Part shown: positions 1-8,803 of the stretch, piece after piece | How the letters are laid out: the number at the start of each line of letters is the position of its first letter | Numbering within the stretch: position 1 is the first letter of the stretch | NCBI GenBank assembly: GCA_038257035.1 | Contig: JBBSJT010000031.1 | Coordinates: 1 to 21,038, forward strand | From: Chlamydiia bacterium | Lineage (GTDB): Bacteria; Chlamydiota; Chlamydiia; Chlamydiales; Parachlamydiaceae | Length of the DNA: 21,038 bases | Direction of reading: 5' to 3' | The notes under the pieces: model-generated | What the model saw: only the letters and a program-made list of their open reading frames with translations | Told to the model about the DNA's origin: nothing | Database searches by the model: none | Translations under genes and position numbers: made by a program

Positions 1-10
1 CATATGATAG

Positions 11-73
11 CCCAGGTTCGGAGCGAAGCGGAGGCCTGGGTAAGCTAAACATAATATTGAGGTCTGAAAGACC
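11..73. repeat. REP-like double hairpin
   Basis: CCCAGG (11-16) pairs with CCTGGG (35-40) around a GCGAAGC-containing core. A second hairpin GGTCT-GAA-AGACC lies at 61-73. The element is GC-rich in an AT-rich background and sits just past the stop of the minus-strand methyltransferase. Confidence 0.55.
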
Positions 74-99
74 GGCATTTAAAACCAATACAATTATTT

Positions 100-1074
100 T
101 TATTCCCAGATTCTTTCTTTTTTTCTAGGTAGTATGGTATCTTGAACAATATCTTCAGGCTCAAATAATTTACGTCTTTTACCAATAACTATGGCGTGGC
201 TTGCGCTTGTTTCACTAGAGAAGAATCGGCAAACTTTTTCAGCTTGCATCAACAAGAAACGATTTTGTTTTAAAAAATGTAAAATTGGATTTGAAAATAT
301 TTTGATGATGGACCAAAAAAATGAGGGGATTTTTGAGGTATTAAATTTAAAAAGGTACTTATTAATGGAAAATCTTTTATTGAGTTCCTGATTAAAAAAT
401 GTTTGGTCAGAAGAAGCTTTTACAAAAATAGCAGGGGCCTCAAAAAATCTCAAAAGCCGTATGAAAAGCCCATGATAGCTCAATACACATTTTTTTATAT
501 CAAATTCAAGCACAACTAGTTCTAAAAAATTTTGCAAAGCATCCTCTGAATCAATATCAAGCGGTGTTGAAATAATAACCAACCCTTCTAAATTTACAAG
601 TCTTGAAGTTTCAGCAAAAAAAAGTCTAAATTCATCCCGGTTTAAGTAAGCGATCACATCTAAGCCAAGCACTAGGTCATAAAAATCACTATCAAGTGTT
701 GTATGGGGAATATAATCTTGAAAAACGGTAATATTGTCTAAATTTTTTTCAACTAAGGTTTTTAATGGAACAGTCGCAATATCGACGGCATCTACTTTAA
801 TTCCATGTTCACTTAAAGTTTTAGCAAAAATGCCTGCTCCTGTACCAAGATCTGCTGCAGATCTTTCGTTTCCTGTTAAAAACTCTTTGATTAGATCTGT
901 TGTTCTTTTGACTCTCTCTCGTCCGATTGCATCAATTGTAGGGTTGAATTGGTCAGGCTCAATTAAATAAAGGCGATCAAGTTTGGCTTTAGCGGTCGTT
1001 CTTTTTGTTGCTTTAGTGGTAGATTTTTTTGGAAGTGATTGATTGTTATCGGTTGCAATAATATTAAGCGGCAT
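100..1074 (-). CDS. Class I SAM-dependent methyltransferase
   Basis: Motif I AADLGTGAG, acidic end of beta2 (VDAVDIA), YDLVLGLDVIAYL, and post-motif region LVNLEGLVIISTP. Confidence 0.85.
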   Translation of the reverse strand: MPLNIIATDNNQSLPKKSTTKATKRTTAKAKLDRLYLIEPDQFNPTIDAIGRERVKRTTDLIKEFLTGNERSAADLGTGAGIFAKTLSEHGIKVDAVDIATVPLKTLVEKNLDNITVFQDYIPHTTLDSDFYDLVLGLDVIAYLNRDEFRLFFAETSRLVNLEGLVIISTPLDIDSEDALQNFLELVVLEFDIKKCVLSYHGLFIRLLRFFEAPAIFVKASSDQTFFNQELNKRFSINKYLFKFNTSKIPSFFWSIIKIFSNPILHFLKQNRFLLMQAEKVCRFFSSETSASHAIVIGKRRKLFEPEDIVQDTILPRKKERIWE

Positions 1075-1246
1075 GATTCCCTATTTTTTAATTCCCATCT
1101 TATTTTTTGCAGATTTTAATTGAAAGCAGTATATGTCTCATCCATGACTTCACTGTAAAAAAAAATCAGAAACCTAAAACAAAATATGTTGGTACTATTC
1201 AGGAATAACAGGTATAGAAAGATAATAGCATATAAGGAGAAAGTGA

Positions 1247-2113
1247 ATGGAAGAAACGATAGCAGCAGATTCTTTGCAAATTTTAATGGTCGGTATTTTC
1301 TGGATGCTGCTAACCACCCTTTTTGCGTGGAAGATGGGCTATTATTATCTACCGAAACAAGAGGTTGAAGAAAAATTACCTTTTCGTGTTGTACTTGTTT
1401 CGTTTGCTATTGTTATATTGCTTGCTATGCTTATTATTCCAATATTTTCAATTTTGGCAATTTATTTGTATAAAGGAAAAATTGATACCTCTCCCAAAAC
1501 AACTACATTAATCAATTATTTTTCTATAATGATTGGTTTTCTTATTTTAAGCGCATTTCAGTTCTTCTTAAGTGTTAAAGAAAGAGAGCTGATTTGGGGG
1601 AAATTATTTGGGCCAACAACAAGTTTAAATAAAACATTAAAAGATATTTTAATGGGCATTTTGACTTGGTTTATTAGTTACCCCGTTCTTATTGTCGTAA
1701 GTAGGATGGTTTCTCTTACCTTTGAACATTATGGAATAGAAGTTTTGGTTGATCAAGTAGCGGTCTCTCATGTACGGGCAGCATTAGCTTCTCCTCTGAT
1801 TTTTGCAATTGTTGCTCTTTCTGTAACTTTTTTTGTGCCGGTTATTGAGGAGTTTTTATTCCGGGGCTGTTTGCAAACTTGGCTGAGAGGGAAACTTGGG
1901 GTAAAAAATGCAATTGTTGTAACTTCACTGATTTTTGCCGGCTTTCATTTTTCGGTAGACCAAGAGCTTGGAAATGTTGAAATATTGATCACATTATTCT
2001 CATTATCCTTATTTTTAGGATTTATTTATGAAAGACAGCAATCTTTATTGGCATCCATCGCGTTGCATAGTTTTTTTAATGGATTGTCAGTTTTATTTAT
2101 TGCGCTTAGTTAG
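1247..2113 (+). CDS. CPBP (Abi/CAAX protease type II) intramembrane glutamic metalloprotease
   Basis: Multiple TM segments; motifs EEFLFRG (EExxxR), FAGFH (FxxxH) and HSFFN (HxxxN). SD AAGGAG lies upstream of the ATG. Confidence 0.92.
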   Translation: MEETIAADSLQILMVGIFWMLLTTLFAWKMGYYYLPKQEVEEKLPFRVVLVSFAIVILLAMLIIPIFSILAIYLYKGKIDTSPKTTTLINYFSIMIGFLILSAFQFFLSVKERELIWGKLFGPTTSLNKTLKDILMGILTWFISYPVLIVVSRMVSLTFEHYGIEVLVDQVAVSHVRAALASPLIFAIVALSVTFFVPVIEEFLFRGCLQTWLRGKLGVKNAIVVTSLIFAGFHFSVDQELGNVEILITLFSLSLFLGFIYERQQSLLASIALHSFFNGLSVLFIALS

Positions 2114-2122
2114 GGGGTGTTC

Positions 2123-3346
2123 ATGTATAAAGTTTTATTTTTTTTGGTTACCTTCACAAGTTTATTTGGACAAAATGATTTAAAAAAAATTGTCAGCAAT
2201 CAGACTTTGACATTAAGCCAAGGCAATAACGCATTTGCTTTTGATCTATATCTTAATTTAGACCAGGATAAAAACCTTTTTTTCTCTCCCTACAACATTT
2301 CTTTAGCTTTAAGCATGGTCTATGATGGAGCAAGAAATGATACTAGAAAAGAAATGGAAAAAGTTTTGCATTTCGATCAATCACTTTTAACGCTCAACGA
2401 AAGCTTTTCCATGCTCAACCGAATTTTTGAAACTCCTACAATTCCCGTAGATGGTTTTAATCTCAACATTGTCAGCAGTTTATGGATTCAATCCGGAGTG
2501 CAGATTTTGCCTCAATTCCTGGATGATATGGCAAGATACTTTAAAGCCACTCCTCGTCGTGCAGATTTCCAAAAGCACCCTGATGCAGCAAGACGGGAAA
2601 TTAATTATTTTGTTAAAGATAAAACAATGGGAAAAATTGAAGAACTTGTAGGAGCTTCCGATATTGATAGCTCAACAAAGATGATGATTATCAGTACGAT
2701 TTATATGAAGGCTAGATGGAAAAATGTTTTTGACTCAAAAAATACTGAAATAACCCCTTTTTTTATTGGCGAAGATAATAAAATCAGTGTTGACATGATG
2801 AATCAGAAAACTTTTTTCGCTTACTATCAAACGACCGATTTTGCAGCAATTGAATTGCCTTATATTCACCTAAATGAAAATTACCCTGATCTTAACCTTG
2901 TAATAATCTTGCCTCATGAAAATTTTGGCTTAAGTAAAATCGAAAAGACGATGAATGCTGCAAATTTTAAGCAGATTCTTGACGGATTTGAAAATGAGGA
3001 GATAAATCTTTTTTTACCAAAGTTTAGATTTACAAAAAGTTTAAGCCTTAAAGAAATTTTAACTGAGATGGGAATGGGTAAAGCGTTTTCCTCTGAGGCC
3101 AATTTTGAAGGGATTAACGGAAAAAAAGATTTAAAAATTGGCCAAGTACTTCATAAGGCTTTTATATCAGTAAATGAAACAGGAACAGAAGCTGCCGCAG
3201 CAACTTCGGTTTCTATGAATTTAACCTCATTTTTACCAAAAAAAGAGCCGATTCTTTTTAAGGCAGATCACCCTTTTATGTTTATCATCTATGAAAAGAG
3301 TTCTTCCCAAATTCTCTTTTTAGGAAGAATTTCAAACCCCTCTTAG
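2123..3346 (+). CDS. Serpin (serine protease inhibitor), probably secreted
   Basis: NNAFAFDLY, NLFFSPYNIS, hinge VNETGTEAAAAT and serpin signature FKADHPFMFII; hydrophobic N-terminal leader. ATG 2123 is preferred over GTG 2117 because of the AGGGGG SD at 2112-2117. Confidence 0.95.
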   Translation: MYKVLFFLVTFTSLFGQNDLKKIVSNQTLTLSQGNNAFAFDLYLNLDQDKNLFFSPYNISLALSMVYDGARNDTRKEMEKVLHFDQSLLTLNESFSMLNRIFETPTIPVDGFNLNIVSSLWIQSGVQILPQFLDDMARYFKATPRRADFQKHPDAARREINYFVKDKTMGKIEELVGASDIDSSTKMMIISTIYMKARWKNVFDSKNTEITPFFIGEDNKISVDMMNQKTFFAYYQTTDFAAIELPYIHLNENYPDLNLVIILPHENFGLSKIEKTMNAANFKQILDGFENEEINLFLPKFRFTKSLSLKEILTEMGMGKAFSSEANFEGINGKKDLKIGQVLHKAFISVNETGTEAAAATSVSMNLTSFLPKKEPILFKADHPFMFIIYEKSSSQILFLGRISNPS

Positions 3347-4284
3347 ACGTCATGGTGTGCTAATTCTAGAGCAAGTCTAGGATTATCCAATGATATGGAA
3401 TGAAATACATTTTTCATTTTTTCAATCAATTCAGGATCATTCTTGTAGCTTAATAAATTAAGATTAAATGTCTTTTGGAAAGATGTATTAAAAACTTGAT
3501 AATCTTTTTCTGGTATGTCAAATTTATTCTCCATATTTTTAACTCTGGAGGCTAAAGAAATCATTAAATCTAAACTTTCATTAAGTGAATGCTCTCTTTG
3601 ACTATATAAAAAATCTTTATCGTTTTTTAATTCCTTGCAAATAAATTCGTGCATTAATTTAAAGTTTTTAACTTTAGCAGAGATTTGAGCAATGGCTACC
3701 TTGTTGTGTATTTGAAATGAAGGTTTTGTAAATTGAATAGTTTCTGGAGATTTATCCATAAGTGTTAATATTTCTTCAGAATGGTTCAATTGAAAATCTT
3801 CATTAATAAATTTAAGAACCTCAAAATTATGCTTTAATGCTTGAAACATAAAGGAATCATCTTTTAATAATTTTTCTCCAAAAATCTCTTTTTTGAATAA
3901 ACCTTTAGCTAAATATGCCAATACAAGGTCTTTGTTATTTGTTAAATTATCAAGATCTTTTGGCATTAAACCACTAGTTTTAAAATCTAAATCACAATCC
4001 AAAGCTTTTATTAAAATTGATTTGAATTCGGGTTTATTCCCAAACTGTTTCCACTCCTTGCAAACTTTAAGTTGGTTTGCCAAATCGAGGCTATTCAGGT
4101 TAGAAAAAATTGAGCTCAGAGCATCGAATGTTGTTTCTTTAATGGGTCCTTCGGAAAAACAATCAGGAGAGAAAACTTTATAATAACCGTTAGTCATCAC
4201 TTCATGTTTAACTGTTGATTTTATGTCATGAACTGTAGATCTAATATTATTGGCCGCTGATGTTAAACTATTAAATAGATTCAT
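3343..4284 (-). CDS. F-box-like protein with DUF4116-like repeats (putative effector)
   Basis: F-box-like ALSSIFSNLNSLDLANQLKVCKEWKQF; repeated LxNxKDxV/F-type units (LTNNKDLVL, LLKDDSFMFQAL, LKNDKDFL); S/T/N-rich N-terminus; GAGG SD. Its stop overlaps the serpin stop by 4 bp. Confidence 0.65.
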   Translation of the reverse strand: MNLFNSLTSAANNIRSTVHDIKSTVKHEVMTNGYYKVFSPDCFSEGPIKETTFDALSSIFSNLNSLDLANQLKVCKEWKQFGNKPEFKSILIKALDCDLDFKTSGLMPKDLDNLTNNKDLVLAYLAKGLFKKEIFGEKLLKDDSFMFQALKHNFEVLKFINEDFQLNHSEEILTLMDKSPETIQFTKPSFQIHNKVAIAQISAKVKNFKLMHEFICKELKNDKDFLYSQREHSLNESLDLMISLASRVKNMENKFDIPEKDYQVFNTSFQKTFNLNLLSYKNDPELIEKMKNVFHSISLDNPRLALELAHHDV

Positions 4285-4389
4285 ATAAACCTCGTGTTTA
4301 AAATAATATATACTATTATTGTAACAGGAGTTTATTAAGGCTTTATAAACAGTTTATTAAGTTTTGGAGTAAGTGGATGCAGAGTTTTC

Positions 4390-4512
4390 TTTTAACACCG
4401 AGAGTACAGAGAAAAAACAGAGAGGTTGAAGAGGTGGTGAATCTCTGCAAAGAGGAAAGAGAGAGTAACATTTACTCTCTCATGTCTTCCTCTTGTGTTC
4501 TCGGTGTTAAAA
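4390..4512. repeat. Intergenic palindromic element with internal hairpins
   Basis: 14-bp perfect terminal IR: TTTTAACACCGAGA (4390-4403) and TCTCGGTGTTAAAA (4499-4512). Internal 10-bp stem GAGAGAGTAA-cat-TTACTCTCTC (4459-4481). Confidence 0.85.
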
Positions 4513-4592
4513 AAAAATTGTATTCCAAATATCTCTCCTTTTTCAAAAAGTGACCATTTACAAGAATTAAGCTGGAGTCATTTTACTGAATC

Positions 4593-4601
4593 TGTTATAA
4601 T
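4593..4601 (+). promoter_or_regulatory. Putative extended -10 promoter element for the PP2C-desulfurase operon
   Basis: TGTTATAAT (TGn-TATAAT) about 50 bp upstream of the ATG; no clear -35. Confidence 0.4.
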
Positions 4602-4653
4602 AACTATTTTAAACTCTCGATCAGATAAGTCGAGTTAACGTGATTAAAATTTA

Positions 4654-5430
4654 ATGGTTTCAAATACAATGTCTTACAAAGTGACCGCCTTTGGCCTCTC
4701 AGATATCGGCCTTGTCAGGCAAAACAACGAAGACTACTGGAACGAACTTCCCGAAATTTTGCTTTATGTCCTTGCAGATGGTATGGGTGGTCATAGAGCC
4801 GGTGAAATCGCCTCTAGGGAAGCTGTTCACGCCTTGATGGATATATTAGAAAAAACCCTCGGATCCTCCAGTGAAGTTCTCGATCTTAACGAAATGCATG
4901 GCATTATCCATTATGCAATCGAACATGCTAACGAATCCATTTATCGCATGTCAAAACAAGATCGGGAATTAAGAGGAATGGGGACCACGTTGTGCTGTCT
5001 GCTTTTCAATCATCAAGGCCTTGTTTATGCTCATGTAGGAGACAGCCGTATTTACCGTTTCCGAAATAATAAACTGGATTTATTAACAAAAGATGATTCT
5101 TTGATTAGTCAAATGGGTGAATCAGGAAAGTTGAAAAACCCTTTAACCGAAGAAGCTCTTTATAAAGGCATTATCACAAAAGCAATCGGTACTGAAAGAG
5201 AAGTCGATCCATCCGTTAACACTACTGAAGTTAAGAACCATGATATTTATTTGATGTGCACAGACGGTCTGACAGATATGCTCTCTTTAAAAGAAATTGA
5301 AATGATTCTTAGCGATCTGCCAAATATTAAAGAAGCCGGTCAAACTTTAGTGAATCGCGCTAAAGAAAAGGGTGGGTTTGATAATATAACTGTTGTATTG
5401 ACTGAAATTGAAGAGATTCATGCATCATAA
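4654..5430 (+). CDS. PP2C-family Ser/Thr protein phosphatase (PrpC/Stp1 type)
   Basis: GLVRQNNED, LADGMGGH, GMGTT, AHVGDSRIY, LMCTDGL and GGFDNIT motifs are all present. Confidence 0.96.
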   Translation: MVSNTMSYKVTAFGLSDIGLVRQNNEDYWNELPEILLYVLADGMGGHRAGEIASREAVHALMDILEKTLGSSSEVLDLNEMHGIIHYAIEHANESIYRMSKQDRELRGMGTTLCCLLFNHQGLVYAHVGDSRIYRFRNNKLDLLTKDDSLISQMGESGKLKNPLTEEALYKGIITKAIGTEREVDPSVNTTEVKNHDIYLMCTDGLTDMLSLKEIEMILSDLPNIKEAGQTLVNRAKEKGGFDNITVVLTEIEEIHAS

Positions 5431-6538
5431 AATTTATCTTGATAATAACGCCACAACGGCAGTTGATCAAGAAACCATAGACGAAATCGTATCTGCTTTA
5501 CAAAATCTTATCGGTAATCCATCAAGTGTACATTTTTATGGCCAACAGGCCAAAGCTCGTCTGCAAAAGGCGCGCGATGAAATAGCAAAAACTCTAAAAT
5601 GTTTACCCAAAGAAATTATTTTTACTTCAGGGGCTACTGAGGCTCTTAATTTAGTTTTAAGGGGGATTCTAAATGATGAATCTCATGTGATTACATCCGA
5701 TGTAGAGCACTCAGCCGTCTTTGAAACATTGAAGCAAATTAAAGATCCAAATAACATTACTTTTTTGCCTGTCGGTGTATATGGCGCGGTGACTCTTGAT
5801 GCAGTCAAGGAAGCTTATCGTAAAGACACCAGAGCAATTGTTTTAATGGCTGTAAATAATGAAACCGGTGTTAAAACAGATATCCAATCGATCGCCGCAT
5901 TTGCAAAAGAAAAGGGAATTCACTTTGTTGTCGACGGGGTAGCTCTACTTGGAAAAGAGCCCTTTCAAATTCCGGAAGGAGTTTCTGCAATGTGTTTTAG
6001 CGGACACAAATTCCACGCTCCAAAGGGGGTTGGCTTTGCCATGGTTCGACGCACCTTAAAATTAAAACCTTATATAACAGGTGGAAACCAAGAATTTGGG
6101 ATTAGGGGCGGCACAGAGAATCTGATAGGGATTATCGCTATGCAGTCGGCTTTACGCATTTTGAATCAAAAGCTTGAAGATGCATCAAAAGAGATGAAAC
6201 GTTTAAGAGATAAATTAGAAACATCCCTCCAAAACAAACTTCCTAATGTTATTGTCAATGGTACAGGACCAAGAGTTACTAACACGACAAATCTTTGTTT
6301 CAAAGGTGTTGAAGGGGAGCTTCTTATGGCTCATCTAGATAGAGAGGGTATTGCTGTTAGTTTAGGTTCTGCTTGTGCATCAGGGGCAATAGAGCCTTCT
6401 CGTATTTTATTAAATATGGGGTTAAGTGTTGATGATGCAAGCTCATCTATTCGCATCTCGCTTAGTCGCATGACCAGCGAAGCCGAAATCGATAAGGCTA
6501 TTGATATCATAACCAAAACAGTCAACCGCTTGTTATAA
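5420..6538 (+). CDS. nifS: Cysteine desulfurase (group I NifS/IscS-like)
   Basis: IYLDNNATT, FTSGATE, SGHKFH (PLP lysine), RGGTEN and SLGSAC (catalytic Cys). ATG 5420 overlaps the PP2C 3' end, consistent with an operon. Confidence 0.93.
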   Translation: MHHKIYLDNNATTAVDQETIDEIVSALQNLIGNPSSVHFYGQQAKARLQKARDEIAKTLKCLPKEIIFTSGATEALNLVLRGILNDESHVITSDVEHSAVFETLKQIKDPNNITFLPVGVYGAVTLDAVKEAYRKDTRAIVLMAVNNETGVKTDIQSIAAFAKEKGIHFVVDGVALLGKEPFQIPEGVSAMCFSGHKFHAPKGVGFAMVRRTLKLKPYITGGNQEFGIRGGTENLIGIIAMQSALRILNQKLEDASKEMKRLRDKLETSLQNKLPNVIVNGTGPRVTNTTNLCFKGVEGELLMAHLDREGIAVSLGSACASGAIEPSRILLNMGLSVDDASSSIRISLSRMTSEAEIDKAIDIITKTVNRLL

Positions 6539-6613
6539 ATGTTTCTTTTTTGCATTTTTTTTGCTAAATTTTTCGGCCATATATACTGGTTCTTCTCGAA
6601 AGTAAAAAGTTTC

Positions 6614-6779
6614 TGATTTTTTCAACGCAGAGACGCAGAGACGCAGAGAAGCGCGCTAAAGCGCGAAAAGAACAAGAAAAGTCAATCGTTTTTCGTGGCT
6701 TAGAAAAAAGTTTAATTTGTTGTTTTTCGCGCTTTAGCGCGCTTCTCTGCGTCTCTGCGTCTCTGCGTTGAAAAAATCA
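6614..6779. repeat. Perfect 56-bp inverted repeat (MITE/REPIN-like element)
   Basis: 6614-6669 is the exact reverse complement of 6724-6779, with a 54-bp spacer. Each arm is a T-tract, (ACGCAGAG)x3 and a CGCGC-TAAA-GCGCG mini-hairpin. It lies between convergent genes. Confidence 0.95.
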
Positions 6780-6862
6780 TATACGGTTAAATAAGTTTCT
6801 TAAAAGCATAATTCTAATTTTTTTAAATTTTTCAGATTGAAGTAGAAGCGATATATACGACA

Positions 6863-7165
6863 TTAATCGGTGAAGAAGAATTTGAGGTGGCCTTCCGGAA
6901 TGACTCCAAGTTCTTTCATGAGTAAAAGCTCAACAAAATCAGGATCGCTTTGGCTGTTCACTTTCAGCGTTAATTCTTCTCTAATTTCAAGCTTCCCTTT
7001 TTTTATTACTTCAAGTTCAGTTTGTTGACGGTATAGTTTTTGATAATCATCATCGATTTTTTTTCGTCCTTTTTCGTAGAAAATGGCGCATATAAAGGTA
7101 AATAAGACTACCCACCAACATTTAAAAAGGAGGGTTTCTGTAAATTTCATGAAGTTTGAAAGCAT
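6863..7165 (-). CDS. FtsB/DivIC-like septum formation initiator-type membrane protein
   Basis: One N-terminal TM helix, a coiled coil, then DPDFVELLLMKELGVIPEG, which resembles the FtsB/DivIC C-terminal D..iE..aR.eLg....gE motif; 100 aa. Confidence 0.65.
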   Translation of the reverse strand: MLSNFMKFTETLLFKCWWVVLFTFICAIFYEKGRKKIDDDYQKLYRQQTELEVIKKGKLEIREELTLKVNSQSDPDFVELLLMKELGVIPEGHLKFFFTD

Positions 7166-7237
7166 AATTTTTTATTGCAATAAATAATTTTTAATTTTAT
7201 ACATAATTTTTTTATTGTAAAGGTAAAGGTGATTTAT

Positions 7238-8035
7238 ATGATGAGTTTTTTAGAACAAGCACCTTGGTACTTATCTGTAGTTATGGTTTTATTTAGCACA
7301 TCAGCGGTTGCTATTTTAGGTCTATTAATAGTTCGAAATTCTACAAATAAAGGACATTTTAAAGAACATCATGATGTTGCAGGTTTTACTTTTGGAATTG
7401 TTGGTGTTATTTATGCTGTATTATTAAGTTATATTGTTGTCGATGTGCATGATCGTTTTAATCAAATCCATCAAAATATTACTCTTGAAGCAAATCTTGC
7501 TGTTGAACTCTATCGTGATTCTGAAGTGTTCCCGGAAGTTGTTAGAGATAATATCAAAAATCAAATTCATCAATACATTGAAGCAATGGCAAATGGTGAA
7601 TCCGAATTTGATTCAGAAGGGAAAGTCACTACAAAAACCCATAATGCTGTATCTGCACTCTGGCAAGCCTATTACGATTTTGAGCCTGTCAGCAACCGTG
7701 AAAAAATCTGGTATTCAGAATCGGTTAAAAAATTAAATGATTTTAACAGAGCACGCCTTTTGCGCTTTTTTAATAGTAATACATCGATTGGTAGCATGAT
7801 GTGGACAATTCTTATTGTAGGAGCGTGTACAACTATTTCATTTATGTATTTTTTTAGAGTTGAAAATGTCTGGTATCAGGCAACCATAACAGCTTTGTTA
7901 GCAAGCTTTATTGCTTTGATGCTATTTTTGATTCAATCTATGGACACTGTCTTTTCAGGAGACCAAAGGGTGTCGACAGAAAATTTTATTGAAGCTCGCC
8001 AATTTTTACAATTTGTTGACCAAAAAACTAAATAA
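7238..8035 (+). CDS. DUF4239-type (bestrophin-like) membrane protein
   Basis: FGIVGVIYAVLLSYIV, EAN, R..RL before C-terminal TM pair (MWTILIVG...LIQSMDTVFSG); SD AAGGTGA. The start could be 7229, 7238 or 7241. Confidence 0.75.
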   Translation: MMSFLEQAPWYLSVVMVLFSTSAVAILGLLIVRNSTNKGHFKEHHDVAGFTFGIVGVIYAVLLSYIVVDVHDRFNQIHQNITLEANLAVELYRDSEVFPEVVRDNIKNQIHQYIEAMANGESEFDSEGKVTTKTHNAVSALWQAYYDFEPVSNREKIWYSESVKKLNDFNRARLLRFFNSNTSIGSMMWTILIVGACTTISFMYFFRVENVWYQATITALLASFIALMLFLIQSMDTVFSGDQRVSTENFIEARQFLQFVDQKTK

Positions 8036-8119
8036 TTTTTTCCCTTGTAAAATATCTTCGATTGTTTTAAAAAAAATTCTTTTAAAATCGATCGGAAGTT
8101 GTTCCTTAAGGAGGAAATG

Positions 8120-8698
8120 ATGAAAAAATTATGGATGTTTAAAGCGGCTTTATTAACAGCTGTTTTATTAGGGTCAAACCCTTCAACCTTAACAGCCCAT
8201 TGCCAAATGCCTTGCGGTATCTATCACGATGCCATGATTTATGATTTAATTGATCAATATGCTGAAACAATGGCTAAAGCTGTTACTGTGATGAACCAAA
8301 GCAAATTTGAAACTGTTCGAGAAAAAAACGAATTTGTGCGTTGGGTAATGGAAAAGGAAAAAGAGTCCAATGATACTTCACAACTTATAACATCTTTCTT
8401 TTTGCAACAAAAAATTAAATCGGGCGAGGCTGATACTCAAAAAAGAACTGAAAGCGCTCACAAACTGTTATGCCTAATCGTTGCTATCAAGCAAAATGCC
8501 GATATTAAAATTGTAGAAAGCTTTACTGAAGAATGGGAAAAATTCAAGCTAATGTTCCATGTAGAAGAGTATGAGTGTAAAATGGAACAAAAGAGAATGA
8601 AAAAACGTCAACAGCTTCTTGAAAAGCATGGAGATGGCGCTGATGATCACAATCATGATCATGATCACACCCACAACGATAGCGACCACAAGCATTAA
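8120..8698 (+). CDS. sodN: Nickel superoxide dismutase precursor with Sec-type signal peptide and His/Asp-rich tail
   Basis: Ni-hook HCQMPCGIY (HCxxPCGxY) starts at 8198, directly after a signal peptide ending in TLTA. EFVRWVMEKE and FFLQQKIK are typical SodN segments. SD AAGGAGG at 8108-8114. Confidence 0.92.
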   Translation: MKKLWMFKAALLTAVLLGSNPSTLTAHCQMPCGIYHDAMIYDLIDQYAETMAKAVTVMNQSKFETVREKNEFVRWVMEKEKESNDTSQLITSFFLQQKIKSGEADTQKRTESAHKLLCLIVAIKQNADIKIVESFTEEWEKFKLMFHVEEYECKMEQKRMKKRQQLLEKHGDGADDHNHDHDHTHNDSDHKH

Positions 8699-8803
8699 AA
8701 ATTAAAGCACAAAAAGGACAAACTGACTTTATAAATTGAATCTGTCAAGTTGTTTCATGAAAAGTTGATAATGCGCTGTAGATATCTTAAAGACGGTGGG
8801 AAT

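Noticed and set aside
191..970. Short plus-strand ORFs (191-391, 734-970)
   Set aside because: They are antisense shadows of the methyltransferase.
1186..6555. Other 60-96-aa ORFs overlapping the CPBP, serpin, F-box and nifS genes
   Set aside because: They are largely or fully nested in well-supported CDSs and have no independent evidence.
8057..8098. Imperfect IR upstream of sodN as a nickel-regulator operator
   Set aside because: It is mostly A/T runs, no regulator is in the window, and it cannot be distinguished from chance or a weak terminator.
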